In this document: piece by piece, positions 26,937 through 39,388 of the stretch | How positions within the stretch are numbered: position 1 is the first letter of the stretch | Layout of the letters: each line of letters starts with the position of its first letter | Assembly (NCBI RefSeq): GCF_001194135.2 | Contig: NC_068996.1 | Span: 47,038,512 to 47,102,511, forward strand | Direction: 5' to 3' | DNA length: 64,000 nt | From: Octopus bimaculoides | Lineage: Eukaryota | The notes under the pieces: model-generated | Told to the model about the DNA's origin: nothing | What the model saw: only the letters and a program-made list of their open reading frames with translations | Database searches by the model: none | Translations under genes and position numbers: made by a program

Positions 26937-27459
26937 NNNNNNNNNNNNNNNNNNNNNNNNNNNNNNNNNNNNNNNNNNNNNNNNNNNNNNNNNNNNNNNN
27001 NNNNNNNNNNNNNNNNNNNNNNNNNNNNNNNNNNNNNNNNNNNNNNNNNNNNNNNNNNNNNNNNNNNNNNNNNNNNNNNNNNNNNNNNNNNNNNNNNNNN
27101 NNNNNNNNNNNNNNNNNNNNNNNNNNNNNNNNNNNNNNNNNNNNNNNNNNNNNNNNNNNNNNNNNNNNNNNNNNNNNNNNNNNNNNNNNNNNNNNNNNNN
27201 NNNNNNNNNNNNNNNNNNNNNNNNNNNNNNNNNNNNNNNNNNNNNNNNNNNNNNNNNNNNNNNNNNNNNNNNNNNNNNNNNNNNNNNNNNNNNNNNNNNN
27301 NNNNNNNNNNNNNNNNNNNNNNNNNNNNNNNNNNNNNNNNNNNNNNNNNNNNNNNNNNNNNNNNNNNNNNNNNNNNNNNNNNNNNNNNNNNNNNNNNNNN
27401 NNNNNNNNNNNNNNNNNNNNNNNNNNNNNNNNNNNNNNNNNNNNNNNNNNNNNNNNNNN

Positions 27460-27670
27460 ATCATCATCATCATCTTCATCGTTTAATGTCCGCTTTCCAT
27501 GCTAGCATGGGTTGGACGATTTGACTGAGGACTGGTGAACCAGATGGCTGCACCAGGCTCCAATCTGATCTGGCAGAGTTTCTACAGCTGGATGCCCTTC
27601 CTAACGCCAACCACTCCAAGAGTGTAGTGGGTGCTTTTACGTGCCACCAGGACGAAGGCCAGCCAGGCGG
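27460..27670 (-). mobile_element. RTE 3' UTR-only copy
   Basis: Reverse complement of the 11452-11780 family. Confidence 0.8.
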
Positions 27671-28457
27671 TATATATATAAATCTATATTCAGGGCAAGC
27701 AAGTAAGTATACAGGCCAAGCCACATGCTGAAAGAAGATGCCAAATATCTCTGAACTACCTTAAAATGTCACAATAGACACGCACCAAACTTAAGCAAAT
27801 AAACAAAAAAGATCCATGAAAAGATTCAATTACATATCAATTGATTTCAGGATTAAAGGGAAACTCCTTTTTCCATCATCAGTGTAATACAACCCAATGT
27901 ACATAAAAATGAACAATGATACATACCCCATAAACACAACGGCTTCACGGCACAAAGACGACTGTCCATACTTATATACAAATTACAATTCAAAAATCCA
28001 GTTTGTTTATTTTCGACCATTTGTGAATAACCAAATAATTCAGCAGTGAATAATTTTGGTTTAAGTGAAATTATATATATTTTTGATATATTTTAGAATT
28101 TAGGATAAAATCTATATATGATTTTATCAGGTAGTTAACATGTAATAAACTGGTTAAGGTAAAAATTAATAAATTTATAAATCTATATTCAGGCAAGCGA
28201 GTAAGTATGCAGGCCAAGCCACATGGTGAAAGAAGATGCCAAATATCTCTAAACTACCTTAAAATATCACAATAAACTTGTGCCAAACTCAGTCATATAA
28301 ATGAAGAAGATTCTTGGAAAGGTTCAATTACATATCGTTGATTTCAGGATTAGAGGAATATGTATGGCACCTTGGGCAAGTGTCTTCTACTATAGCCTTG
28401 GGCTGACCAAAGCCTTGTGAGTGGATTTGGTAGGTGGAAATGGAAGGAAGACCATTC

Positions 28458-28513
<56 letters not shown>

Positions 28514-28519
28514 TGTACA

Positions 28520-28637
28520 GAGGGACGATGCAGAAATAAGACAATGACATATGTAGGCGAAACAGCAAGGAGCATAGGGGAGCGGGCAAACGAACATTGG
28601 AGGGAACTTAAGGAAGGGAAGAACTCATCAGTTCTGT
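28520..28637 (+). mobile_element. PLE GIY-YIG fragment (truncated by gap)
   Basis: TYVGETARSIGERANEHWRELK, the YIG half of the GIY-YIG motif. Confidence 0.75.
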
Positions 28638-30557
28638 NNNNNNNNNNNNNNNNNNNNNNNNNNNNNNNNNNNNNNNNNNNNNNNNNNNNNNNNNNNNNNN
28701 NNNNNNNNNNNNNNNNNNNNNNNNNNNNNNNNNNNNNNNNNNNNNNNNNNNNNNNNNNNNNNNNNNNNNNNNNNNNNNNNNNNNNNNNNNNNNNNNNNNN
28801 NNNNNNNNNNNNNNNNNNNNNNNNNNNNNNNNNNNNNNNNNNNNNNNNNNNNNNNNNNNNNNNNNNNNNNNNNNNNNNNNNNNNNNNNNNNNNNNNNNNN
28901 NNNNNNNNNNNNNNNNNNNNNNNNNNNNNNNNNNNNNNNNNNNNNNNNNNNNNNNNNNNNNNNNNNNNNNNNNNNNNNNNNNNNNNNNNNNNNNNNNNNN
29001 NNNNNNNNNNNNNNNNNNNNNNNNNNNNNNNNNNNNNNNNNNNNNNNNNNNNNNNNNNNNNNNNNNNNNNNNNNNNNNNNNNNNNNNNNNNNNNNNNNNN
29101 NNNNNNNNNNNNNNNNNNNNNNNNNNNNNNNNNNNNNNNNNNNNNNNNNNNNNNNNNNNNNNNNNNNNNNNNNNNNNNNNNNNNNNNNNNNNNNNNNNNN
29201 NNNNNNNNNNNNNNNNNNNNNNNNNNNNNNNNNNNNNNNNNNNNNNNNNNNNNNNNNNNNNNNNNNNNNNNNNNNNNNNNNNNNNNNNNNNNNNNNNNNN
29301 NNNNNNNNNNNNNNNNNNNNNNNNNNNNNNNNNNNNNNNNNNNNNNNNNNNNNNNNNNNNNNNNNNNNNNNNNNNNNNNNNNNNNNNNNNNNNNNNNNNN
29401 NNNNNNNNNNNNNNNNNNNNNNNNNNNNNNNNNNNNNNNNNNNNNNNNNNNNNNNNNNNNNNNNNNNNNNNNNNNNNNNNNNNNNNNNNNNNNNNNNNNN
29501 NNNNNNNNNNNNNNNNNNNNNNNNNNNNNNNNNNNNNNNNNNNNNNNNNNNNNNNNNNNNNNNNNNNNNNNNNNNNNNNNNNNNNNNNNNNNNNNNNNNN
29601 NNNNNNNNNNNNNNNNNNNNNNNNNNNTAATAATAATATATATTCTCCGATTTGAAGTGACAATTTTTAAATACTTACAAAGCCTTTCTGGCTTGTTTAC
29701 AAATATTATATATGTGTGTGTGTGTGCACATGCATGTGTGTGTGTATATGTGTGTGTATAAAGTTCATAAAAGAAAATGTAGAAGAAAAAATATAATAGA
29801 TGCTTGGTTCATTTTGTTTGTATCACAATGGAAAAGTAATGCAAATTAAAAGAGATACCTATAAGAATAAGTATAAAAGGAACCAGATCAACAAAACAAC
29901 CAAAAAATATCCGATAAAATCCTACACATGTTTCAATCCGACAATATGTTTGAATCATCGATATTCTGACTGTTATAGATGTAATAAACGATATATTGTC
30001 GTATATGTTCGGGAAAAAAGTAAGTGTATTTTCCGGTCTTGAATTATGAAATAACTTATTTTGAAATTTTCAAATGTAAACAACAATTTATTAAGATGTA
30101 GAGTTCATGTGATTAGAAATTGATCATTTAAAATTTACCTATTATTGAATGTGGAAATGTTGCTATAACATCAAATTCATTTGAAAAATATATCTATACT
30201 TATCTTTATAATATATTTATAAAAGTTTATGGAAGGAAGATGGTAGAGAAACAAATGTAACTTAACATGATGGGTGTAATATACACAGAATTAGATTGAG
30301 AAATGTTTATAAAGATGGAATGAAAAGTTTGTTTATATTACACTACGATAATGTTTTTTAGAATTACTACATTGAAATATTATAACATTGGTGTTATTTG
30401 CTAACGATCACATTGGTGCTATTTACGTGCCACTGTCACAAAAGCCACACAGCTGCTCTGGCAACAATCATGCTCGGACGGTGCTCTTAGTGCTCCACTG
30501 GTACAGGTGTCATCACGATTTTGCTTTTGCATGCCCCAACAGGACTTCGCAAGCCTG

Positions 30558-30628
<71 letters not shown>

Positions 30629-30841
30629 AGCAATGTTAAATCTCTGAACGAGGTATTAACAGTAACTGCACGATAAAGTGAAGTATATTTGCCACTTAAA
30701 TGTGGCTGACCTCGAGGGGTGGATGTTACTGTTGCTTTTAGCCCCAGGAGGACATCTCCTCCAGCTGGCTATCGACACACTTCTGTGTCCTGTCTGTATT
30801 TGCCAAGGGAAGTTATCCTTCCCATCTTGATCTACGATACG

Positions 30842-30882
30842 TACGTACTCGAGTTTCAGGGTTATTTCCCTTCTTCAGCGTA
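30842..30882 (-). ncRNA. Apparently intact minimal type I hammerhead ribozyme (GUA triplet)
   Basis: Minus strand UACG CUGAAGA AGGG AAAUAA CCCU GAAAC UCGA GUA CGUA: full core, 4-bp stems I and II, palindromic stem III ACUCGAGU. Confidence 0.75.
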
Positions 30883-30944
30883 TGACAATCGCCGACCTTC
30901 GATGCAAAAGGCATCCCTGAAAAAGGGAAATAACTCTGAAATTC

Positions 30945-31127
30945 AATTTATTAAAAATTAAAATTAAATTAAGTTTCACAGTATAATATATAAATATATA
31001 GTTTTAGAGAAAAGAACCAAAGTTCATGAACTAATCCATGAAAATCCAGTCACATATAGAAAAATTAATAATTAAAAGCACAATAAATAAGTTTAATATA
31101 ATACAAAGTAAATATCATAAGATAATG

Positions 31128-31178
<51 letters not shown>

Positions 31179-31377
31179 TTAGGGTTAAAAATCCAAATTT
31201 ACAGGTAAAAACTCAATTAAATTCAATTTATTAGAAATTGAAATTGAATTAAGTTTCACAGTATAAAATATGAATATATAGTTTCAGAGAAAAGAACCAA
31301 AGTGCATGAACTCATCGATGAAAATCCACTGTCACATATAGAAAAATTAATAATTAAAAGCACAATAAATAAGTATA

Positions 31378-31378
<1 letters not shown>
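30945..31378. repeat. Two diverged direct copies of a ~165-bp AT-rich unit separated by (TAA)n
   Basis: aattcaatttatt...aagtttcacagtata...gagaaaagaaccaaag...aaaagcacaataaataagt at ~30945-31095 and ~31220-31375. Confidence 0.75.
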
Positions 31379-31412
<34 letters not shown>

Positions 31413-31429
31413 CGACTATGATGATATTT

Positions 31430-31527
31430 TCTTCTTCTTCTTCTTCTTCTTCTTCTTCTTCTTCTTCTTCTTCTTCTTCTTCTTCTTCTTCTTCTTCTTC
31501 TTCTTCTTCTTCTTCTTCTTCTTCTTC
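31430..31527. repeat. (CTT)n microsatellite
   Basis: Direct reading. Confidence 0.95.
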
Positions 31528-31606
31528 TAACTATTTGAATGTTTGTTTTATTTGTATTGTATTGTTAGTTTGAAGTATAGGTTCATTTTTATCTATAAAC
31601 AATTTA

Positions 31607-31985
31607 TCATTTATCTTGTTGACTGTCTGGTGGTTGGTTGTCATTATTTTCAAATTTAATTTTATGTGTGTATCCTGCTTTAGCTAATGCTGAGTTATTA
31701 TAGTCCTTATTAATATTAAAGATTTCTTTGTTAGATGAGAAGTAAGTAATGCTGTGTTGAATATTTTTAACTAAACATTTAGTTATCATTTTGGGATGAT
31801 TACTATCATGATTAATATATGTTGAATTTGAATTAGGTTTGTAATATGGTGCATGGTTGCCTGTGAGTAGGTTAAAGTTGGCATCTAAAAACTTCATGGA
31901 ACTATGCTCGTTTTCTACAGAAATTTTCAGGCCAAACATATTAAAGAATCTATGAAATTTTTTCTTGTAATTTCCTAATTTTCTG
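31607..31985 (-). mobile_element. PLE reverse transcriptase C-terminal/thumb fragment
   Basis: KFLDANFNLLTGNHAPYYKPNSNSTYINHDSNHP...SSNKEIF...SALAKAGY matches the PLE FLD...Y.KP....Y....SNHP pattern. Confidence 0.75.
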
Positions 31986-31999
31986 TTACTTGTAGATTT

Positions 32000-32913
32000 C
32001 ATCATCATCATCATCATCATCATCGTTTAACGTCAGCTTTCCATGCTAGCATGGGTTGGACGATTTGACTGAGGACTGGTGAAACCGGATGGCAACACCA
32101 GGCTCCAATCTAAATTTGGCAGAGTTTCTACAGCTGGATGCCCTTCCTAATGCCAACCACTCAGAGAGTGTAGTAGGTGCTTTTACGTGTCACCTGCACG
32201 AAGGCCAGTCAGGCGATACTGGCAACGGCCACGCTCGAAATGGTGTCTTTTATGTGCCACCCACACAAGCCAGTCCAGGGGCACTGGCAACGATCTCGCT
32301 CGAAAATCCTACGAAGGCCAGTCAGGCGGTACTGGCAACNNNNNNNNNNNNNNNNNNNNNNNNNNNNNNNNNNNNNNNNNNNNNNNNNNNNNNNNNNNNN
32401 NNNNNNNNNNNNNNNNNNNNNNNNNNNNNNNNNNNNNNNNNNNNNNNNNNNNNNNNNNNNNNNNNNNNNNNNNNNNNNNNNNNNNNNNNNNNNNNNNNNN
32501 NNNNNNNNNNNNNNNNNNNNNNNNNNNNNNNNNNNNNNNNNNNNNNNNNNNNNNNNNNNNNNNNNNNNNNNNNNNNNNNNNNNNNNNGCCTACCTCTTCC
32601 ACAGGTTCCCTCAACTGTTAGGGTGTGGCACTTTTTCACGCAGCTATCCTCATCCATTCTCACCACATGTCCATACCAGCGCAATCGTCTCTCTTGCACA
32701 CCACAACTGATGCTTCTAATGTTCAGCTTTTCTCTCAAGATACTTACACTCTGACGGGTATTCACATTGACATTACACATCCAACGGAGCATACTGGCTT
32801 CATTCCTTGCGAGCTTACGCATGTCCTCAGCAGTTACAGCCCATGTTTCACTGCCATGTAGCATGACTGTTCGTACACATTTCACTGCCATGTAGCATGG
32901 CTGTTCGTACACA
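32000..32913 (-). mobile_element. 5'-truncated RTE LINE (ORF end, gap, 3' UTR, (GAT)n tail)
   Basis: MLHGSETWAVTAEDMRKLARNEASMLRWMCNV...LRWYGHVVRMDEDSCVKKC...EGTCGRGR, with the 3' UTR and tail at 32000-32339. Confidence 0.9.
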
Positions 32914-33589
32914 ATTTAATTATAAATAATGCATCGTCTCTATATAATCCTCTGGCTATTTCTGGAAATTCATTATTGAACTTGTACAGAATATAAATTC
33001 CTACAATATCAGTGACCTGAGTTCAATCAGTCGATCCCTTGGGTATATCAAAGTAACTGGGTGTGTCCTTTCTAGTCCAGTATTTCTTGTCAAATTTGAT
33101 TAACGATTTTCTAGCTGTAAGAATGATATTAATTTCTTTGTGAGACAAGTTGGTATGACCTATAGCAAATATTAAGGCACTATTTAATACTACGAGATTT
33201 ATAGAAGAATAATAATCATTAATATCTACCTGTATAAATCTATGTTTATCCTCATTATCTATTCTGTTACACCAATTTATAACTTATTGAGTACTAAACC
33301 AGAGCTCTAATAGAGGTTATATTGAGTACTAAGTGATAGTTCTAATAGTTCATAAGTTGGACTATATATTTATCCAAAATTAATTTACTTAATTCACCTA
33401 TGTCTGATTTTGCTGGGCAAATAAGTCTAACTTTAGGATCAGTAAAAAGAAATTTGATTTATGGTCTTTAAAGGATATTCTAGGGCTAAGAGGGACAGGT
33501 CATCAAATTATATTCTGTCATTATTTTTTTACACTTAAGATTAATGTTTCTAAGTACTTATATCTTTGTAGTAATTTCCTTGTGCATAA

Positions 33590-33654
<65 letters not shown>

Positions 33655-34088
33655 TACATATACATATACATACATGCATACATATATATATATACATATA
33701 TAATATATATATATATATATATATNNNNNNNNNNNNNNNNNNNNNNNNNNNNNNNNNNNNNNNNNNNNNNNNNNNNNNNNNNNNNNNNNNNNNNNNNNNN
33801 NNNNNNNNNNNNNNNNNNNNNNNNNNNNNNNNNNNNNNNNNNNNNNNNNNNNNNNNNNNNNNNNNNNNNNNNNNNNNNNNNNNNNNNNNNNNNNNNNNNN
33901 NNNNNNNNNNNNNNNNNNNNNNNNNNNNNNNNNNNNNNNNNNNNNNNNNNNNNNNNNNNNNNNNNNNNNNNNNNNNNNNNNNNNNNNNNNNNNNNNNNNN
34001 NNNNNNNNNNNNNNNNNNNNNNNNNNNNNNNNNNNNNNNNNNNNNNNNNNNNNNNNNNNNNNNNNNNNNNNNNNNNNNNNNNNNNNNN

Positions 34089-34139
<51 letters not shown>

Positions 34140-34349
34140 CTTCTCTCACACGCTTACTACCTGATCTATTCCTTTAATCTGAATGCATCAATCAAAACAC
34201 TGCCTGGATTTACCTGAGATTATACTTAAGGGATTATACCTTCATGGAACTCCATACAAGATGAACTGTGAACTTTATTCTTCTCTCTACTCTTTTATTC
34301 TTCTATATTCTATGAATTCTCTGTCTGGAACTTTCCTACATACACACCT

Positions 34350-34418
34350 TGTCTCTGATGACAGTGTATGGGGATGTTGACCCATCACCTGCGATATCCC
34401 AGTAACAGCTGTAAGACA
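34350..34418 (+). ncRNA. Hammerhead-like motif with a long stem II and one core mutation
   Basis: TGTCT CTGATGA ...ATCCC A GTAAC AGCT GTA AGACA: 5-bp stem I, GAAAC changed to GTAAC. Confidence 0.55.
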
Positions 34419-35023
34419 TTAATTACTTCTACTTCTCCATTTTTGATACACCTTACTCTAATTAGAGATCTTAAATGACCTGAGATACTTTGTTCTGTCT
34501 TGGTTTTGTTTTCTTTTTTCCCTTAACACACACACACACGTATATTTGTATGTCTGTGTTATTGTATCTGTGTTTGTCTCCTTACCATTGCTTGGTGTGT
34601 TTATGTCCCCGTTTCTTAGTGGTTTGACAAAAGAGGTTGATAGCATATGTACTAGACCTAAAAAGAATAAGTCCTGGGATCGATTTCTTTGACTAAAACT
34701 TTGTAAGGCGGTGCTCCAGCATGGCCACAGTCAAATGATTGAAACAAGTAAATGAATAAAAGAATATATATATATATTATGTATTTCACTAATAAGAATT
34801 ATAATCACATAAGTATTCATTGAATTACATGAAATGAAGTGGAATATGCATTGGTACATTAGTGCAAACAATGTGATTTGCAAAGCGCAGTGAAATTTGA
34901 CCTGCAAACAAATATCCAGTGTGTAAATATGTAAGACTGGATGTAAGCATAATCTAAGTACAATCTAGGCATAATCATTAATAACCTACTTTTACTTGTA
35001 ATGAATTTTCAAAGTGTATAATG

Positions 35024-35063
<40 letters not shown>

Positions 35064-35914
35064 TGAGCAAGTCAAGTCATGTTAGTAGAATGCTAGGCAA
35101 CCGTCTGAGAGGTTAATGGTTTGTATGTATGTACACTAGTCTGAACATGCCGCTGAGTGACTCTTTGAAAATAATATGGACATGGGACTGATCCTGCTGC
35201 ATGGCACCATGGTGGATTGTCGGAATGGTGNNNNNNNNNNNNNNNNNNNNNNNNNNNNNNNNNNNNNNNNNNNNNNNNNNNNNNNNNNNNNNNNNNNNNN
35301 NNNNNNNNNNNNNNNNNNNNNNNNNNNNNNTTTTGGTAATTTGTCCTGTACTTACCACTCATGTGTCTATGTATTTTTCATGTATTTCACATATATATAT
35401 GTATACAGACATAAATCTTAAATAAATGGATGCTTAAACACACACAAATAGACAAAGACTGATAGATAGATTGGTAAACACACTGTTGACGACAAAACCA
35501 CAAACAAAATCAGATACCATGGAAGAAATGTACTGTAATAAAACACAGTAAATGAAGACGGAACACACTCACAGCACCCACCCACCCTTCCCACACACAG
35601 ACTGTCATTATCAGCCATTATCAGCTGCTGCCACCTCTAATTTAAATCAATTACAATTTATAGAACGATAAATAATAACGAATGGAACATATGAAATATA
35701 TTACAGATATCTCATATTACACCCACACATATGCATACACACACACACACACACACACACTCATACACACACACTCATACATACATAATACACACTCATA
35801 CAAGCACGTACATGCACACAGACACACATACATACATACACGCTCATACACACACACGTACACATACACACTCATACACACATGTGCACACTCATATACA
35901 CTCACACCACATGT

Positions 35915-35956
<42 letters not shown>

Positions 35957-36184
35957 GGATGCTCACTATTGCTCTACAATGTGTGGAGCACCTCCATATA
36001 CTGGCAGGCTTCATAGGGTATGTCTGCTTCCTAACCACTTGGTTCTGAGTTCAGTCCCACTGTGTGGCACCTTGGGCAAGCGTTTTCTACTATAGCCCTA
36101 GAGCAACCAAGAACTTGTGAATGCATTTAGTAAATGGAAACTGAAAGAAACCTGTCGCGCGCACACACACACACACACACACAT

Positions 36185-36235
<51 letters not shown>

Positions 36236-37127
36236 NNNNNNNNNNNNNNNNNNNNNNNNNNNNNNNNNNNNNNNNNNNNNNNNNNNNNNNNNNNNNNNNN
36301 NNNNNNNNNNNNNNNNNNNNNNNNNNNNNNNNNNNNNNNNNNNNNNNNNNNNNNNNNNNNNNNNNNNNNNNNNNNNNNNNNNNNNNNNNNNNNNNNNNNN
36401 NNNNNNNNNNNNNNNNNNNNNNNNNNNNNNNNNNNNNNNNNNNNNNNNNNNNNNNNNNNNNNNNNNNNNNNNNNNNNNNNNNNNNNNNNNNNNNNNNNNN
36501 NNNNNNNNNNNNNNNNNNNNNNNNNNNNNNNNNNNNNNNNNNNNNNNNNNNNNNNNNNNNNNNNNNNNNNNNNNNNNNNNNNNNNNNNNNNNNNNNNNNN
36601 NNNNNNNNNNNNNNNNNNNNNNNNNNNNNNNNNNNNNNNNNNNNNNNNNNNNNNNNNNNNNNNNNNNNNNNNNNNNNNNNNNNNNNNNNNNNNNNNNNNN
36701 NNNNNNNNNNNNNNNNNNNNNNNNNNNNNNNNNNNNNNNNNNNNNNNNNNNNNNNNNNNNNNNNNNNNNNNNNNNNNNNNNNNNNNNNNNNNNNNNNNNN
36801 NNNNNNNNNNNNNNNNNNNNNNNNNNNNNNNNNNNNNNNNNNNNNNNNNNNNNNNNNNNNNNNNNNNNNNNNNNNNNNNNNNNNNNNNNNNNNNNNNNNN
36901 NNNNNNNNNNNNNNNNNNNNNNNNNNNNNNNNNNNNNNNNNNNNNNNNNNNNNNNNNNNNNNNNNNNNNNNNNNNNNNNNNNNNNNNNNNNNNNNNNNNN
37001 NNNNNNNNNNNNNNNNNNNNNNNNNNNNNNNATAATATATATACATATATGCATATATACACACATACATGTACATGCCTACATATATATGTATATATAC
37101 ATGCATGTATGGGTACAGGACGTCAGT

Positions 37128-38674
37128 TGTCACTGAACACTACTAAGGGTGTAAACCCACCAACATTGCTAGAGATAAGAGCTAAAATGCTCTAATGCTG
37201 TAGGAGAAGCACATAAATGTGCACGTATGAGGTCTGATCAACAAGTATGTGGAAAGTTGCCATAGTAATGAAGCTAAAACATGCAGAGTGAAGCTGCTTC
37301 GTACAGATTGACTTTGAACTTTGCTGTGCATGCACACTAAGTTTTAACATTCTAGCTCACTTCCGCTGTTTACAGCAGTGCTTGGAAGGGAGGTGTGTAG
37401 TGTGTGATTGTTGCATTTACTATGACAAAGTTGAGCAGAGAATCTGCATCAAATGTTGCCAAAAGCTTGGCGATGCCTGCTCAGAGGCCTACACAAAGTT
37501 TTGAAAAAGTATTCATCATTCTCAACACAACCAAGGAGATTTTGTGCAACTGAAACCTGTCTCTTTGGTCAGCTGAAAGCAGTTTTGGCACAAACCTGGC
37601 AGACATGCATCTCATACCCAAATCTTCAGTGATAAAACTCACAGATGGTGATTTGATGATTTCCTCTCACAGCTGCACGCATATCTACAATGCTTTTCTC
37701 AGTTCTGCTGGTTGCGGGTCTCCCAGAATGTTTGTCAATATCGACATTTTTTTGGCCATCTTAGAAATGTCTGAACCACATGTACACTCGTGTGTGGTTC
37801 ATACACTCCTCTTCATGCACTATCTGCAACTTTGCATCAACCTCTGAGCAGGTATTGCGATGACAACTTTCTCTGTCATGGTCAATGCGACAATCACATG
37901 CTACACACCTTTCTTCCAAGCCCTGCTGTAAACAGCAGAAGTGAGCTAGAATGTCAAGACTTAGTGCACATACACAGCAGAGTTAATTTTTGCCAAGCAG
38001 CTTCACTCTGCATGCTTTAGCTTTATTACTATGGCAACAGTCTGGCTATTGTTGATCAGACCTCGTATACTCTCATAGGTGTTGTAATCACACAAAACAC
38101 TGACTCAAGAATTTCTTTGACAGAACGTCCAGTTTCAGCTATTTCCGTAGCCTTCATCAGTAAGGATCACTCATTTTGCTGATTCCAGGCCAATCCTCCT
38201 GTCACCAAATATGCATTTACCATAAAAATTTATGAGTGGTTTAGTGGATCACTGATGTGTATAGAAAAATTAATATAAACAGCCATGCACAATGTGATAC
38301 CATAAAGGAAAGGTATAAACATCACACTGTGCACGGCTGTGTATATTAAATTTTTGTATACACATTAGTGATCCACTAAATCATCCATAAATTTTTATGG
38401 TAAATGCGTATTTGGTGACAGGAGTATATATACTGATAGTGGATTAAGCCTGGAAATAACTGAACAAGCGGTCCTGCTGATGAAGGCTAGAGAAATAGCT
38501 AAAACTGAACATTCTGTGAGCATATGTGTGTATATTTATGTGGTTTTCCTATAGCATTAAAGCATTTTAGCTCTTATTTCTAGCAATGTAGGTGTCTTGG
38601 CACACTTAATTATGTTGAGTGACATATTTTTCCTTTATGGTATCACATTGTGCGTAGCTGTTTATATTAATTTT

Positions 38675-38680
<6 letters not shown>
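37128..38680. mobile_element. Older PLE-terminal-repeat-like fold-back unit, interrupted by the mariner element
   Basis: 37128-37227 plus ~38119-38300 is the reverse complement of ~38321-38615. Both arms carry CTGATGA A GGCTA..TAGCT (G/A)AAAC. Confidence 0.7.
37228..38065. mobile_element. mariner-derived fold-back element made of two 5' ends, TA target duplication
   Basis: TA|tgaggtctgatcaac ... gttgatcagacctcg|TA. The + arm encodes EQRICIK.CQKLG; the - arm encodes HTRVYMWFRHF...SGRPATS...ARFVPKLL. Confidence 0.85.
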
Positions 38681-38715
<35 letters not shown>

Positions 38716-38840
38716 TTAATAATGAGGGTAGAAATTGATATTAATCAATTAAAACCAGTGGTCTAGCATATTTAAAAAACTCCGAAGATTAAAATTATAT
38801 TACATACAAAATTAAGAGGAATGACCACCAAAAGTGGACT

Positions 38841-38911
38841 CCTATATGCTAGAAATAGATGCCAAATCACTTCGTGGTTAGGTGATTTGGCATCTATTTC
38901 TAGCATATAGG
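38841..38911. repeat. Perfect 30-bp inverted repeat with an 11-nt loop, running into an N gap
   Basis: cctatatgctagaaatagatgccaaatcac / gtgatttggcatctatttctagcatatagg. Confidence 0.95.
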
Positions 38912-39350
38912 NNNNNNNNNNNNNNNNNNNNNNNNNNNNNNNNNNNNNNNNNNNNNNNNNNNNNNNNNNNNNNNNNNNNNNNNNNNNNNNNNNNNNNNNN
39001 NNNNNNNNNNNNNNNNNNNNNNNNNNNNNNNNNNNNNNNNNNNNNNNNNNNNNNNNNNNNNNNNNNNNNNNNNNNNNNNNNNNNNNNNNNNNNNNNNNNN
39101 NNNNNNNNNNNNNNNNNNNNNNNNNNNNNNNNNNNNNNNNNNNNNNNNNNNNNNNNNNNNNNNNNNNNNNNNNNNNNNNNNNNNNNNNNNNNNNNNNNNN
39201 NNNNNNNNNNNNNNNNNNNNNNNNNNNNNNNNNNNNNNNNNNNNNNNNNNNNNNNNNNNNNNNNNNNNNNNNNNNNNNNNNNNNNNNNNNNNNNNNNNNN
39301 NNNNNNNNNNNNNNNNNNNNNNNNNNNNNNNNNNNNNNNNNNNNNNNNNN

Positions 39351-39388
<38 letters not shown>

